From assembly GCA_965213595.1 (NCBI GenBank), contig CBDBZO010000002.1:1189577-1253576 (forward strand): a stretch of DNA of 64,000 nt. The letters run 5' to 3'. The notes under the pieces are model-generated. The model was not told the origin of the DNA and did not search any database. It saw only the letters and a list, made by a program, of their open reading frames with translations. Position numbers and translations under genes: made by a program. Source of the stretch: Caldilineaceae bacterium (GTDB taxonomy: Bacteria > Chloroflexota > Anaerolineae > Caldilineales > Caldilineaceae). Below, in pieces: positions 48,100-58,070 of the stretch; within the stretch, counting starts at the first letter, position 1, and every line of letters starts with the position of its first letter.

Positions 48100-48327
48100 A
48101 TGGTGATGACAAAGAGCGAACTTCAGACACAACTGTTGGAGTTTTTTCAAGAAATCGAGAAGTCAGGCGAAGAGGTTATTATTACTGAGAACGAGCGGCC
48201 AGTGATTCGCATTGAGCCGATTAAAAAGAAGTTGACTGTTGACGAGGCATTCGCTGGAATGCGCAATAGTCTTATTTTTCACGAAGACCCCGATACGCCA
48301 ACCATCGACGAGTGGGACGAGGTTTAA
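48100..48327 (+). CDS. Phd/YefM-family antitoxin
   Basis: TKSELQTQLLEFFQEIEKSGEEVIITENERPVIRIEPI. It sits directly upstream of a PIN gene. Confidence 0.75.
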   Translation: MVMTKSELQTQLLEFFQEIEKSGEEVIITENERPVIRIEPIKKKLTVDEAFAGMRNSLIFHEDPDTPTIDEWDEV

Positions 48328-48708
48328 GTGATCTTGCTCGATACTTCGGCGCTGCTCTACTGGACAGTCAGGGATAATGAGCTGCCAGACACAGCAAGGC
48401 AGGTTATCGAAGTGGCAGAGGATATCAGGATCAGCTCCATTTCTATTTGGGAAATCGGGCTGAAATCACAGAAGGGCAAGCTTCAGCTTCCTGTGCCACT
48501 TCGTGACTATGTTCAGCGCATCCGGAACATGGCTAATGTTACAATCCTGCCAGTGGACGAACAAATCTGGCTCAAAAACGTCGAGCTCGACTGGCCCCAC
48601 CGCGACCCCGCCGACCGCACGATTGTCGCCACGGCCATGCTGCTCGACTGCCCACTTGTGACCTCGGATGTAGCCATGCGCGACTTCTACCCCAAAGCCA
48701 TTTGGTGA
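48328..48708 (+). CDS. vapC: PIN-domain toxin (VapC family)
   Basis: ILLDTSALLYW...SSISIWEIGLKSQKGKL...DPADRTIVATAMLLDCPLVTSD. GTG start abuts the antitoxin stop. Confidence 0.8.
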   Translation: MILLDTSALLYWTVRDNELPDTARQVIEVAEDIRISSISIWEIGLKSQKGKLQLPVPLRDYVQRIRNMANVTILPVDEQIWLKNVELDWPHRDPADRTIVATAMLLDCPLVTSDVAMRDFYPKAIW

Positions 48709-48712
48709 CCCT

Positions 48713-49465
48713 ATGCTCCCACCCACCCGCCACCTCGACTTCCCCGACTGCTACAACGCCCGCGATCTCGGCGGCCTGCCCACACTCGACGGCGGCACGA
48801 CGTGCTGGGGCGCAATCGCGCGCGCGGATTTACTCACGCGGCTGACGGAGGCGGGCGTGCAGGCCCTGCGCGATCACGGCATCCGCACGATTGTCGATCT
48901 GCGCGAGCCGGACGAAGTTGCAGCGGAGCCATCATTTTTCTCCGATGACGCGGACGAGCACATCCGCTACATTAACCGCCCGCTGGAAAATCGACGCCCC
49001 GAAGTGAGCGCGCTGATTGAGCGGGCGCAGACGCGGGGCGAAGTCTATTGTCTGGTGCTCGATCATTACTTAAAGTTGGTGGCCGAAGCCATGTGCGCCA
49101 TTGCCGACGCGCCGCCCGGCGGCGTGCTGATCCACTGCCATGCGGGCAAGGATCGCACGGGGACGGTCGCCGCGCTGCTGCTGGGCTTGGTCGGCGTGCC
49201 GGATGAGGTGATTATCGAGGACTATGCGCTGAGCCAGGAGCGGCTGCGGCCAATGTGGAAACAGATGGTCGAGGAAGTTGGTGGCGAGGAGAACGCCGAT
49301 TTCTGGCTCAAGCCCACGGCCACGGCGGAGATGATGCACCACACGCTCGAACACCTGCGCGAGCGCTACGGCAGCGTGCGCGACTATTTGCTATCTGCCG
49401 GGCTAACGGCGGACGAACTGACGCGCCTTGGACAGCGCTTGATGGAGAACAACCCAGCGCCATGA
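48713..49465 (+). CDS. protein-tyrosine phosphatase-like protein (Y_phosphatase3-type, CX5R)
   Basis: NARDLGG...IRTIVDLR...VLIHCHAGKDRTG...EDYALS. Confidence 0.8.
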   Translation: MLPPTRHLDFPDCYNARDLGGLPTLDGGTTCWGAIARADLLTRLTEAGVQALRDHGIRTIVDLREPDEVAAEPSFFSDDADEHIRYINRPLENRRPEVSALIERAQTRGEVYCLVLDHYLKLVAEAMCAIADAPPGGVLIHCHAGKDRTGTVAALLLGLVGVPDEVIIEDYALSQERLRPMWKQMVEEVGGEENADFWLKPTATAEMMHHTLEHLRERYGSVRDYLLSAGLTADELTRLGQRLMENNPAP

Positions 49466-50496
49466 TCGACTGCGACATTCACAACGAGCTGCCCTCGCTG
49501 CACGCGCTGGAGCCTTATCTCGCCGACCACTGGGTCGACTACATTAACGAATCCGGCTTTACTGGCCCCGACGCCAACGATTATCCCGCTGGGGCGGAAA
49601 TTACGGCCCGACCCGGCTCGACGCCCACCAGCGGCGCGCCCGCCGGTTCGGATTTGGGCCTGCTGCGCGAGCAGCTGCTCGACCCGCTCGACGTCGAGAT
49701 CGGCATCTTAAACTGCGCCTACCGCGTGGGCAGCGTCCACCACCCCGACTTGGCCGCGGCGCTGGCGACGGCGGTCAACCAGTGGCAGGTCGACGCCTGG
49801 TTCGCGCCCGAGCCGCGGCTGCGCGCCTCGATTGTAGTGCCGGTGCAGCTGCCCGACTTGGCGGCGGCGGAGATCGCGCGCTGGGCCGAGCACGCGGGCT
49901 TTGTGCAGGTGGTGCTGCCGGTGCGTTCGGAGGCGCTCTACGGCAACCGCCGCTACTGGCCGATTTTTGAAGCGGCCACCCAGCACGATCTGGTGGTCGG
50001 CATTCACTACGGCGGCGCGCCCGGCCACCCGCCCACGCCGTCGGGCTGGCCCTCTACCTATCTCGAGGAATACGTGGACATGTCGGCCATTTTCCAGTCG
50101 CAGGTGATGAGCCTGGTCGTGGAGGGAACCTTTGATCGTTTTCCCACGCTGCGCATCGCCCTGATCGAGAGCGGCTTTACCTGGCTGCCGTCGCTGATGT
50201 GGCGCATGGACAAGGAGTGGAAGGGGCTGCGCCACAACATTCCGTGGGTCAAGCGACCGCCGTCGGCCTACATGCGCGAGCATCTGCGGCTGACGACCGC
50301 GCCGCTCGACGCGCCCGACGCCGCCCAGCTGCGCCAAATCGTCGAGCAGATCGAGTCGGAGGAGATGTTGATGTTTGGCTCGGATTACCCCCATTGGCAT
50401 GCTGACGCACCGACAGAGATTTTTGAGATGGGGCTACCGGATCCGCTGGTGCAGGGCATACGCTCGAAGAATGCGCGTCGATTTTATCGGCTGTAG
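49462..50496 (+). CDS. amidohydrolase-2 family protein (ACMSD-like metal-dependent hydrolase/decarboxylase)
   Basis: MIDCDIHNELP...LMFGSDYPHWH. ATG 49462 overlaps the phosphatase stop (ATGA). The ORF-track start at 49255 lies inside the upstream gene. Confidence 0.8.
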   Translation: MIDCDIHNELPSLHALEPYLADHWVDYINESGFTGPDANDYPAGAEITARPGSTPTSGAPAGSDLGLLREQLLDPLDVEIGILNCAYRVGSVHHPDLAAALATAVNQWQVDAWFAPEPRLRASIVVPVQLPDLAAAEIARWAEHAGFVQVVLPVRSEALYGNRRYWPIFEAATQHDLVVGIHYGGAPGHPPTPSGWPSTYLEEYVDMSAIFQSQVMSLVVEGTFDRFPTLRIALIESGFTWLPSLMWRMDKEWKGLRHNIPWVKRPPSAYMREHLRLTTAPLDAPDAAQLRQIVEQIESEEMLMFGSDYPHWHADAPTEIFEMGLPDPLVQGIRSKNARRFYRL

Positions 50497-50708
50497 ATAA
50501 ATATGATCTCGTCCCGATGCTCTGCGTCGGGATGCCTACTCGACGCTCCGCGTCGCCGCATAGGCGTAGAAATCTTGTGAATCTCAACGAAGCGGGTAGG
50601 CTGAGCGGGGACGCGGAGCGTCCGGCCTGCATCACCACGCGGAGCGTGGCGACGAGATGAATAGAACCGCGAACGAACGCGGACATTTTAATTTCCCAGG
50701 AGAACCAA

Positions 50709-51854
50709 ATGGCTACCGTGCTCCCACCGCCTGCAAAACAAAAAGCAACAGTGCAAGAAGCAACAAAGGAAGCGCCTTTTGCATCGCAACCGCGCGTGCA
50801 AAAGCAGAAAACGCCCGTCATCGACTGCGACATTCACAACGCGCCAAGGTCGCCTAACGCGCTGCTCAAATACCTGCCCAGCCGCTGGCGTCGCCACCAC
50901 GAGTCCATTGGCAAGCGCGGCTACCTGGGCTCATCCTACCCGCGCGCCCTGCCCAACGCGGCGCGCACCGATTCGTGGCCGCCCTCGGGCGCGCCCGCTG
51001 GCTCGGATTTGGACTTTCTGCGCACGCAGCTGCTGGACGAGTGGGAGATTGAAATCGGCGTGCTCAACCCGCTGCAGGGGGCGGGCACGCAGGTCAATCG
51101 CGAATATGGCGCGGCGCTGGCCAGCGCGCTCAACGACTGGCAGGCAGAGGTGTGGCTCGATCCGGAACCGCGTTTGCGCGGCTCGATTACGGTGATGTAC
51201 GAGGAGGGCGACCTGGCCGCCGCCGAAATCCAGCGCATGGCGCAGCACCCCGGCTTTGTGCAAGTCTTGCTCGTGGTGCGCACACAGGAGCTGCTCGGCC
51301 ACCGCAAGTACTACCCGATGTACGAAGCCGCCGTCGAGCACGACCTGCCGATTGGCATCCACTTTGGCGGTGCGGGCGGCGGGCCAATCACCGGCGCGGG
51401 CTGGCCTTCGCACTACTACGAAGACCACTGCGGCATGGCGCAATCCTTCCAGCCGCAGGTCGCCAGCCTCGTGCTGGACGGCGTCTTCGAGCGCTTCCCC
51501 ACGCTGAAGATCGTGCTGATCGAAGGCGGCTTTGGCTGGCTGCCGCCGCTGATGTGGCGGTTGGACAAAAGCTGGCAGCGCATGGGCGCAGAAGTACCCG
51601 CGTTGACGCGCCCGCCTTCAGACTACATCCGCGAGCACATTTGGCTCACGACGCAGCCAATGGAAGAGCCGCCGCAGGGTCGCTACTTCCGCCAGCTGCT
51701 GAACCAGCTCGACATGAACGACCACCTGCTCTTCGCCACCGACTACCCCCACTGGGATTTCGACGCACCCGACCGGGCGATCCCGGTCAAGCTGGAGGCT
51801 GAGCTGGAGCGGCAGATCATGGCGGGCAATGCGCGGGCGCTCTACCGATTTTAG
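50709..51854 (+). CDS. amidohydrolase-2 family protein, paralog of 49462..50496
   Basis: VIDCDIHNAPRSPNALLKYLP...SGAPAGSDLDFLRTQLLD...LLFATDYPHWDFD. Collinear with the upstream paralog. Confidence 0.8.
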   Translation: MATVLPPPAKQKATVQEATKEAPFASQPRVQKQKTPVIDCDIHNAPRSPNALLKYLPSRWRRHHESIGKRGYLGSSYPRALPNAARTDSWPPSGAPAGSDLDFLRTQLLDEWEIEIGVLNPLQGAGTQVNREYGAALASALNDWQAEVWLDPEPRLRGSITVMYEEGDLAAAEIQRMAQHPGFVQVLLVVRTQELLGHRKYYPMYEAAVEHDLPIGIHFGGAGGGPITGAGWPSHYYEDHCGMAQSFQPQVASLVLDGVFERFPTLKIVLIEGGFGWLPPLMWRLDKSWQRMGAEVPALTRPPSDYIREHIWLTTQPMEEPPQGRYFRQLLNQLDMNDHLLFATDYPHWDFDAPDRAIPVKLEAELERQIMAGNARALYRF

Positions 51855-51945
51855 ATTTACGATTTTGGATTTGCGATTTACGAACGCTTTGCGGTGCGCC
51901 CTACCCAGCTCGTAAATCGTAAATCTGAAATCCCAAATCCCAAAC
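51851..51945. repeat. hairpin of gatttacg/gattttgg units
   Basis: ttagatttacgattttggatttgcgatttacgaac ... ctcgtaaatcgtaaatctgaaatcccaaatcccaaac. Confidence 0.75.
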
Positions 51946-51950
51946 CCCAA

Positions 51951-52409
51951 ATGGCTAAACACATCATCGCCACCGTCGACGAAATTCCGCCGGGCGGGCG
52001 CAAGCTGGTCGAGATCGGCGGGCGCTCGATTGGCGTCTTCAACATCGACGGCGACTTCTTCGCCCTGCGCAACAGCTGCCCCCACCAGGGCGGCGCGCTC
52101 TGCAAAGGGCGGCTAACCGGCTTCCTCCAATCCGACGCGCCGGGCGACTTTCGCTACACCAGGCGCGGTGAAATTTTGCGCTGCCCCTGGCACGGCTGGG
52201 AGTTCGACGTCAAGACCGGTCAGTCGTGGTTTGACCCGACCAAGACGCGCGTCCGAAGCTACGAGGTCAGCGTCGAGCGCGGTTCCCTGGTGGACTCGAC
52301 TGCGGTAGCGGTGCAGGGCGACGGGGAGTCGGAGTTGCAAAAAGGGCCGTATCAGGCGGAAACCTTTCCCGTTACCGTTGAGCAAGCGTATATCGTGATC
52401 GAAATTTGA
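51951..52409 (+). CDS. Rieske [2Fe-2S] domain protein
   Basis: CPHQGG...CPWHGWEF. Start trimmed to ATG 51951 (MAKHIIATVDEIPPG). Confidence 0.85.
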   Translation: MAKHIIATVDEIPPGGRKLVEIGGRSIGVFNIDGDFFALRNSCPHQGGALCKGRLTGFLQSDAPGDFRYTRRGEILRCPWHGWEFDVKTGQSWFDPTKTRVRSYEVSVERGSLVDSTAVAVQGDGESELQKGPYQAETFPVTVEQAYIVIEI

Positions 52410-52413
52410 GCCG

Positions 52414-53601
52414 ATGCACATCACCGACCTCCACACCTTCGTCGTCGGCAACCCGCGGCCCAGCTTTGGCGGGCGCTACTTTATCTTCCTCAAGCTCACC
52501 ACCAGCAGCGGCGTGACGGGCTGGGGTGAGGTCTACTCCGTGCCCTTTCACCCGCACGTCGTCGAGCAGATGATTCGCGACGTGGCCGCGCGCTACCTCA
52601 TCGGCCACAATCCCTTTCACATCGAGCAGCTCTGGCGGCGCGTCTACTCCAGCGGCTTTACGCAGCGACCCGATGTCTCGCTGGCGGGCATCCTCAGCGG
52701 CCTCGAAATGGCCTGCTGGGACATCATTGGCAAGGAGACGAACCGGCCGGTTTACGAACTGCTCGGCGGGCGCGTCCACGATCGGCTGCGCTCCTACACC
52801 TACATCTATCCCGAACCGGGCGACGCCACAAACGTCTACGTCGACCCCGGCTTGGCGGCCCAGCGCGCGGTAAGCCTCGCCGACCAGGGCTTCACCGCTG
52901 TCAAGTTTGATCCCGTCAGCCCCTACACCGCCTTCGACCCGCGCCAGCTTTCCCTCGACGCGCTCGACCGCGCGGAAACCTTCGTGCGTCAAATCCGCGA
53001 AGCCGTCGGCCCCCGCTGCGACCTGCTCTTCGGCAGCCACGGCCAGATGACGCCGTCGAGCGCGCTGCGGCTGGCTCGACGGCTCGAAGCCTACGACCCG
53101 CTCTGGCTCGAAGAGCCGACGCCGCCCGCCAACGTCGCGGCCATGGCCACCGTCGCGCGCGGCACGAGCATCCCCATTGCCACGGGCGAGCGGCTGGCGA
53201 CCAAGTACGAATTTGCCGCGCTCCTGGCCGCGGGGGCAGCTTCGATTTTGCAGATGAACCTGGGTCGCGTGGGGGGCCTGCTGGAGGCGAAGAAGATTGC
53301 GGGCATGGCCGAAGCGCACTACGCACAGATCGCGCCGCATCTGTACTGCGGCCCCGTCGTCGGCGCGGCGAACATCCAGCTCAGCGCGTGCAGCCCCAAC
53401 TTTCTCATCCTCGAAGGCATCGGTCAGTGGGACGGTTTCCACGCCCAGATTTTGAAATCGCCGATCCGGTGGCAGGATGGCTACGTGATCCCGCCGCCGA
53501 CGCCGGGATTGGGCATTGAGGTGGATGAGGAAGTTGCGGCGGCGCATCCATACAAGGGAGATAGGCTGCATCTGGAGATGGTCGATGAGCCGGAGGATTA
53601 G
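52414..53601 (+). CDS. enolase-superfamily enzyme (mandelate racemase/muconate lactonizing family), paralog-like to 46835..48022
   Basis: MHITDLHTFVVGN...TSSGVTGWGEVYS...AVKFDP...WLEEP...PIATGERL. Confidence 0.8.
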   Translation: MHITDLHTFVVGNPRPSFGGRYFIFLKLTTSSGVTGWGEVYSVPFHPHVVEQMIRDVAARYLIGHNPFHIEQLWRRVYSSGFTQRPDVSLAGILSGLEMACWDIIGKETNRPVYELLGGRVHDRLRSYTYIYPEPGDATNVYVDPGLAAQRAVSLADQGFTAVKFDPVSPYTAFDPRQLSLDALDRAETFVRQIREAVGPRCDLLFGSHGQMTPSSALRLARRLEAYDPLWLEEPTPPANVAAMATVARGTSIPIATGERLATKYEFAALLAAGAASILQMNLGRVGGLLEAKKIAGMAEAHYAQIAPHLYCGPVVGAANIQLSACSPNFLILEGIGQWDGFHAQILKSPIRWQDGYVIPPPTPGLGIEVDEEVAAAHPYKGDRLHLEMVDEPED

Positions 53602-53900
53602 CGATCCTCCCATGGCTGCGCCACCAAAATGAATCTTTCCCTGTTGTGAGTGGGGAAGAGGAGAATCGACCGTGCGCTGCGCTCGCGATCCGACCAAGGT
53701 CGGTCAATCCGGCACAACGCCAGCCGAAGACGAATCTGGGGACGAGTCTCCGGCGTTTGACAGTCTCCATAAATGTAGTATCATAGCTTGACACTGGCCG
53801 TGCGCCGATAAATTTTCCACCGTTTTTAACTCAATACGTTTCGGGTTCACAAAAGCACGTCGCAGTCGCCCACGCTTGGGATCGTCTCCACACGCGTTGA

Positions 53901-54782
<882 letters not shown>

Positions 54783-54789
54783 AGGCCGC

Positions 54790-55158
54790 ATGACTGAACT
54801 TGTTAACCCCATTGCGGAGTGGGCCGCGGCGATCACCGAGGTGGTCGGCGTCTGCCTGATCGTCATCCTGGCCCTTTACGCGCTGCTCTTTGCCGCGGTG
54901 CGGCTGCTGCAGCGAGCCGACTCGAAGACAATCTTCCTGCAGACACGGCAGCGGCTCGGCGGCGGCATTCTGCTGGGCCTGGAATTTCTCGTCGCGGCGG
55001 ACATCATCCACACCGTCGCCGTCGAGCTGACGCTGGAAACGGTGAGCACGCTGGCCGTGATTATCCTGATCCGCACGCTGCTCAGCTTTACGCTGGAAGT
55101 AGAATTGACGGGCGACTGGCCCTGGCAAAACGACAGCAGCTCGCTGGAGGATATTTAG
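54790..55158 (+). CDS. DUF1622 membrane protein
   Basis: RQRLGGGILLGLEFLVAADIIHTV. Confidence 0.65.
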   Translation: MTELVNPIAEWAAAITEVVGVCLIVILALYALLFAAVRLLQRADSKTIFLQTRQRLGGGILLGLEFLVAADIIHTVAVELTLETVSTLAVIILIRTLLSFTLEVELTGDWPWQNDSSSLEDI

Positions 55159-55176
55159 AAGGTGGAGCAGAAATGC

Positions 55177-55256
55177 GATCAACGAAGGGTATGAAGTTAC
55201 ACGAAGAACGGTTGCCGTGCCCTCTTGCTTCGCGTTTCTTCATGCCTTTGTTGATC
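55177..55256. repeat. third member of the gatcaacgaagg... hairpin family
   Basis: gatcaacgaagggtatgaagttacacgaagaacgg ... cttgcttcgcgtttcttcatgcctttgttgatc. Confidence 0.7.
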
Positions 55257-55296
55257 ACAAGGTTGTTTTGAAAACATGTAACGCAAGGAATTTCAA

Positions 55297-55707
55297 TTGA
55301 GCGCAGAGACAACCCCAGCCCACTCTCTCCGAATCGATCCGCTGACCGCGATCGACGCTTCGACGCGCGTGGGCGAGAACAGCCGCATCCTGGCCGCGCT
55401 GGCTTACCTGCTCTTCCCCGTGGGCTGGCTCTTCGGCCTTTTCCTCCAGCGCGACGACTTCGTGCGCTTCCACGCCCGCCAGTCGCTGGGCCTGCTGGTC
55501 GCCACCGTAGCCGCGCCCGCGGCGTGGGCCGTGATCGCGTGGGCGCTCGCGCTGATCCCGATTGTCGGCCCGCTGGTGGCCGCGGCGCTCTGCGCCGTGG
55601 TGATTGCGGTGTGGCTGGCGGTAATTGGGGTGGCGGTGTGGGGTGCGGTCAACGGATTGCGGGGGAAGCGCGAAGTCGCGCCGGTCTTTGGGCGGTCTGC
55701 TGCTTGA
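55297..55707 (+). CDS. DUF4870-like membrane protein
   Basis: ILAALAYLLFPVGWLFGLFLQRDDFVRFHARQSLGL followed by two more TM helices. TTG start, uncertain. Confidence 0.55.
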   Translation: MSAETTPAHSLRIDPLTAIDASTRVGENSRILAALAYLLFPVGWLFGLFLQRDDFVRFHARQSLGLLVATVAAPAAWAVIAWALALIPIVGPLVAAALCAVVIAVWLAVIGVAVWGAVNGLRGKREVAPVFGRSAA

Positions 55708-55808
55708 AGGCCGCGAATTAGATCAGCAGCAGTTGGGCAACCTCGTTACGGGGTTGCCCTTTTCTGTCGTACGCGGTTGGCAGAAGAATCTCTGTTGAAA
55801 GGCTCTTT

Positions 55809-58070
55809 ATGAAAAATCTCCAAACCAATCTTCAGACAAAGCCTGCCCAGCTGCTGCCGTCCGAGCTGCTTCACCAAACGTTTGCGCGCTTTGTCATCGT
55901 CAGCGGCTGCGTCTACGGCGCGTGGCACTTCGCCGCCACGCTGAGCCAGCCCGAAGTGTATCTGGTTGATAGCTGGCGGATTACGCCGGTGGTGGCGCTG
56001 GTGGCGGCGCTGTCGCTGTGGCTGGCACAGGGTCAGTTGTGGCTGGCGCAGACTGTGTGGCAGGTGGGCGCGGCGGCAGCAATTGGGCTGGCGCTGCACG
56101 TGTATGGGCAGGCGGAGATTGCGTTTCTGCTGGTGCTGCTCCCCTTTTTCGCGGCGACCATCGCGGGCTGGCGCGGTGGCCTGCTTTCGGTGACGCTGGT
56201 CACGATTTGCGTCTGGGTCGAGCCGTTTGCCTTTGGCCTTCCTGTCGGCTATCGCTGGGCCGTTGCGGCGGCGTCGCTCCTCGTCGCCCTGCTGAGCTAT
56301 ATCTCGGTGCAGGCGCTGCTCACAATGACGGCCTGGTCGCTCTACAACGCCGAGCAGGCGCGGCTGCATCTGGAGCAGGCGCGTCGACATCGCGCCGAGA
56401 CGCTGCACGCGCTCAAGCAGCTCGATCTGGCCAACTACCAGCTCGCGCGCGCCAACCACACCATGGTGCTCGCCCGCGCCGAGGCCGAAGCGGCCCGCAA
56501 CGACCGCGATCGCTTTGCGCTGGCCGTGAGCCACGAGCTGCGTACGCCGCTCAACTTTATCTTTGGCTTTAGCGAGCTGATGGTCAATGCGCCCGAAACC
56601 TATGCCAAGCTAGACGAGTGGCCCGACGGGCTGCACGACGACATCAATGAAATCTACCGCAGCTGTCGCCACCTGCTGCGGCTGATCAACGACATTTTGG
56701 AGCTGGGCAAAATTGAAGCGCGCCAGATGCTGCTCTTTAAGGAGTCGACGCAAATGGCGGAAATCGTGCGCGAGGTGGAGGGGATGGTGCGACCGGCCTT
56801 TGAGCGCAAACGGCTCTGGCTGCGCACTGAGATCGACCCCGACCTGCCGCCCCTCACCCTCGACCGCACACGCATTCGCCAAGTGCTGCTCAACCTGCTT
56901 ACCAACAGCCTGCGCTTCACCGAGCAGGGCGGCGTGGTGGTGCGCGCAAAGTATGGGCCAGAAGCGATGACGGTCAGCGTCGAGGACACGGGCCCAGGTA
57001 TTGCCGATGCCGACCTGCCCAAAGTCTTTGAGGAGTTTCGGCAGGTTGGCGAGGGCGGCTGGCGGCGCGACGAGGGCACGGGGCTGGGCATGGCGATCAG
57101 CCAGAACTTTATCCGGCTGCACGGTGGGCAGATCGGCGTGGAGAGCGCGGCGGGGCGCGGGGCGCGCTTCTACTTTACGCTGCCGCTGCCCGCCGCAACC
57201 CCTTCGGCGCTTCCTACTCAGCTGCCCACCTCGCCCACCCTCGACAAGCGCCAGTCGACCGAGCGCTTTTGGCAAGGGCTGACGCAGCGCTCGGCCAGGG
57301 AGCGGCTGCTGCTGGTGCTGACCCAGGAGCCAGCGGCGAGCAAGCCGATTGTCGACGGGCTCGACGGTGTGAAAACGCTGATGCTGGACGAAGCGGCGGC
57401 GCTGCCGAGCGCCGTGCAGCATCACCTGCCCAGCCTGCTCGTCGTGGATCGTGCCCTGTGTGATGAGGAAACGCTGCCGGCGCTGCGGGCGCAGCTGCCT
57501 TATGCGCTGCCGATTATCAGCGCCAATCTATCAAACATGACGGCGACGGCGGAACTGCCGCCCAACGTTAAGCACTATCTGGTCAAGCCTGTAACGCGGC
57601 AGGCGCTGGGCGCGGCGGTGCACTCGCTGGGCGCAACCAACGTGCTGGTGGTGGACGATGACCCGGCGATGGTGCGCTTTGTCAAGCTGGCGTTGGGCAG
57701 CGAGCGGAGCGGCAGCGTGAACGGCGCGGGGGAAGTGCGCCTGCGCTCGGCCTTGACGGGGAGCGACGCACTGGCTCAGCTGCGCGCTCAACCACCGGAC
57801 GTTGTCCTGCTCGATCTCGTGCTGCCCGACGTTGGCGGCTGGGAAATTCTGGCGCAGATGCAGGGCGACGCCGCGCTCTCGCAGGTGCCGGTGGTTCTGC
57901 TGACGGCCAACGATCTGCCTCAGCCGCACGCCGAGCAGCGCGACGAGGCGCTGCACGTACAGCTCAACCGTGCACTCTCCCGTCGCGAGCTGGGCACTAT
58001 GCTACAAAGTCTAGTAGTTGAACAGACAAAGTTTGACGGATGCGGCGGCCACCGTACGGGCACGCCATAA
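55809..58070 (+). CDS. hybrid sensor histidine kinase (multi-TM sensor, HisKA, HATPase_c, C-terminal receiver)
   Basis: FALAVSHELRTPLN (H-box), VEDTGPGI...GTGLGMAI (G-boxes), VLVVDDD...VVLLDLVLPDVGGWE receiver. Confidence 0.9.
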   Translation: MKNLQTNLQTKPAQLLPSELLHQTFARFVIVSGCVYGAWHFAATLSQPEVYLVDSWRITPVVALVAALSLWLAQGQLWLAQTVWQVGAAAAIGLALHVYGQAEIAFLLVLLPFFAATIAGWRGGLLSVTLVTICVWVEPFAFGLPVGYRWAVAAASLLVALLSYISVQALLTMTAWSLYNAEQARLHLEQARRHRAETLHALKQLDLANYQLARANHTMVLARAEAEAARNDRDRFALAVSHELRTPLNFIFGFSELMVNAPETYAKLDEWPDGLHDDINEIYRSCRHLLRLINDILELGKIEARQMLLFKESTQMAEIVREVEGMVRPAFERKRLWLRTEIDPDLPPLTLDRTRIRQVLLNLLTNSLRFTEQGGVVVRAKYGPEAMTVSVEDTGPGIADADLPKVFEEFRQVGEGGWRRDEGTGLGMAISQNFIRLHGGQIGVESAAGRGARFYFTLPLPAATPSALPTQLPTSPTLDKRQSTERFWQGLTQRSARERLLLVLTQEPAASKPIVDGLDGVKTLMLDEAAALPSAVQHHLPSLLVVDRALCDEETLPALRAQLPYALPIISANLSNMTATAELPPNVKHYLVKPVTRQALGAAVHSLGATNVLVVDDDPAMVRFVKLALGSERSGSVNGAGEVRLRSALTGSDALAQLRAQPPDVVLLDLVLPDVGGWEILAQMQGDAALSQVPVVLLTANDLPQPHAEQRDEALHVQLNRALSRRELGTMLQSLVVEQTKFDGCGGHRTGTP

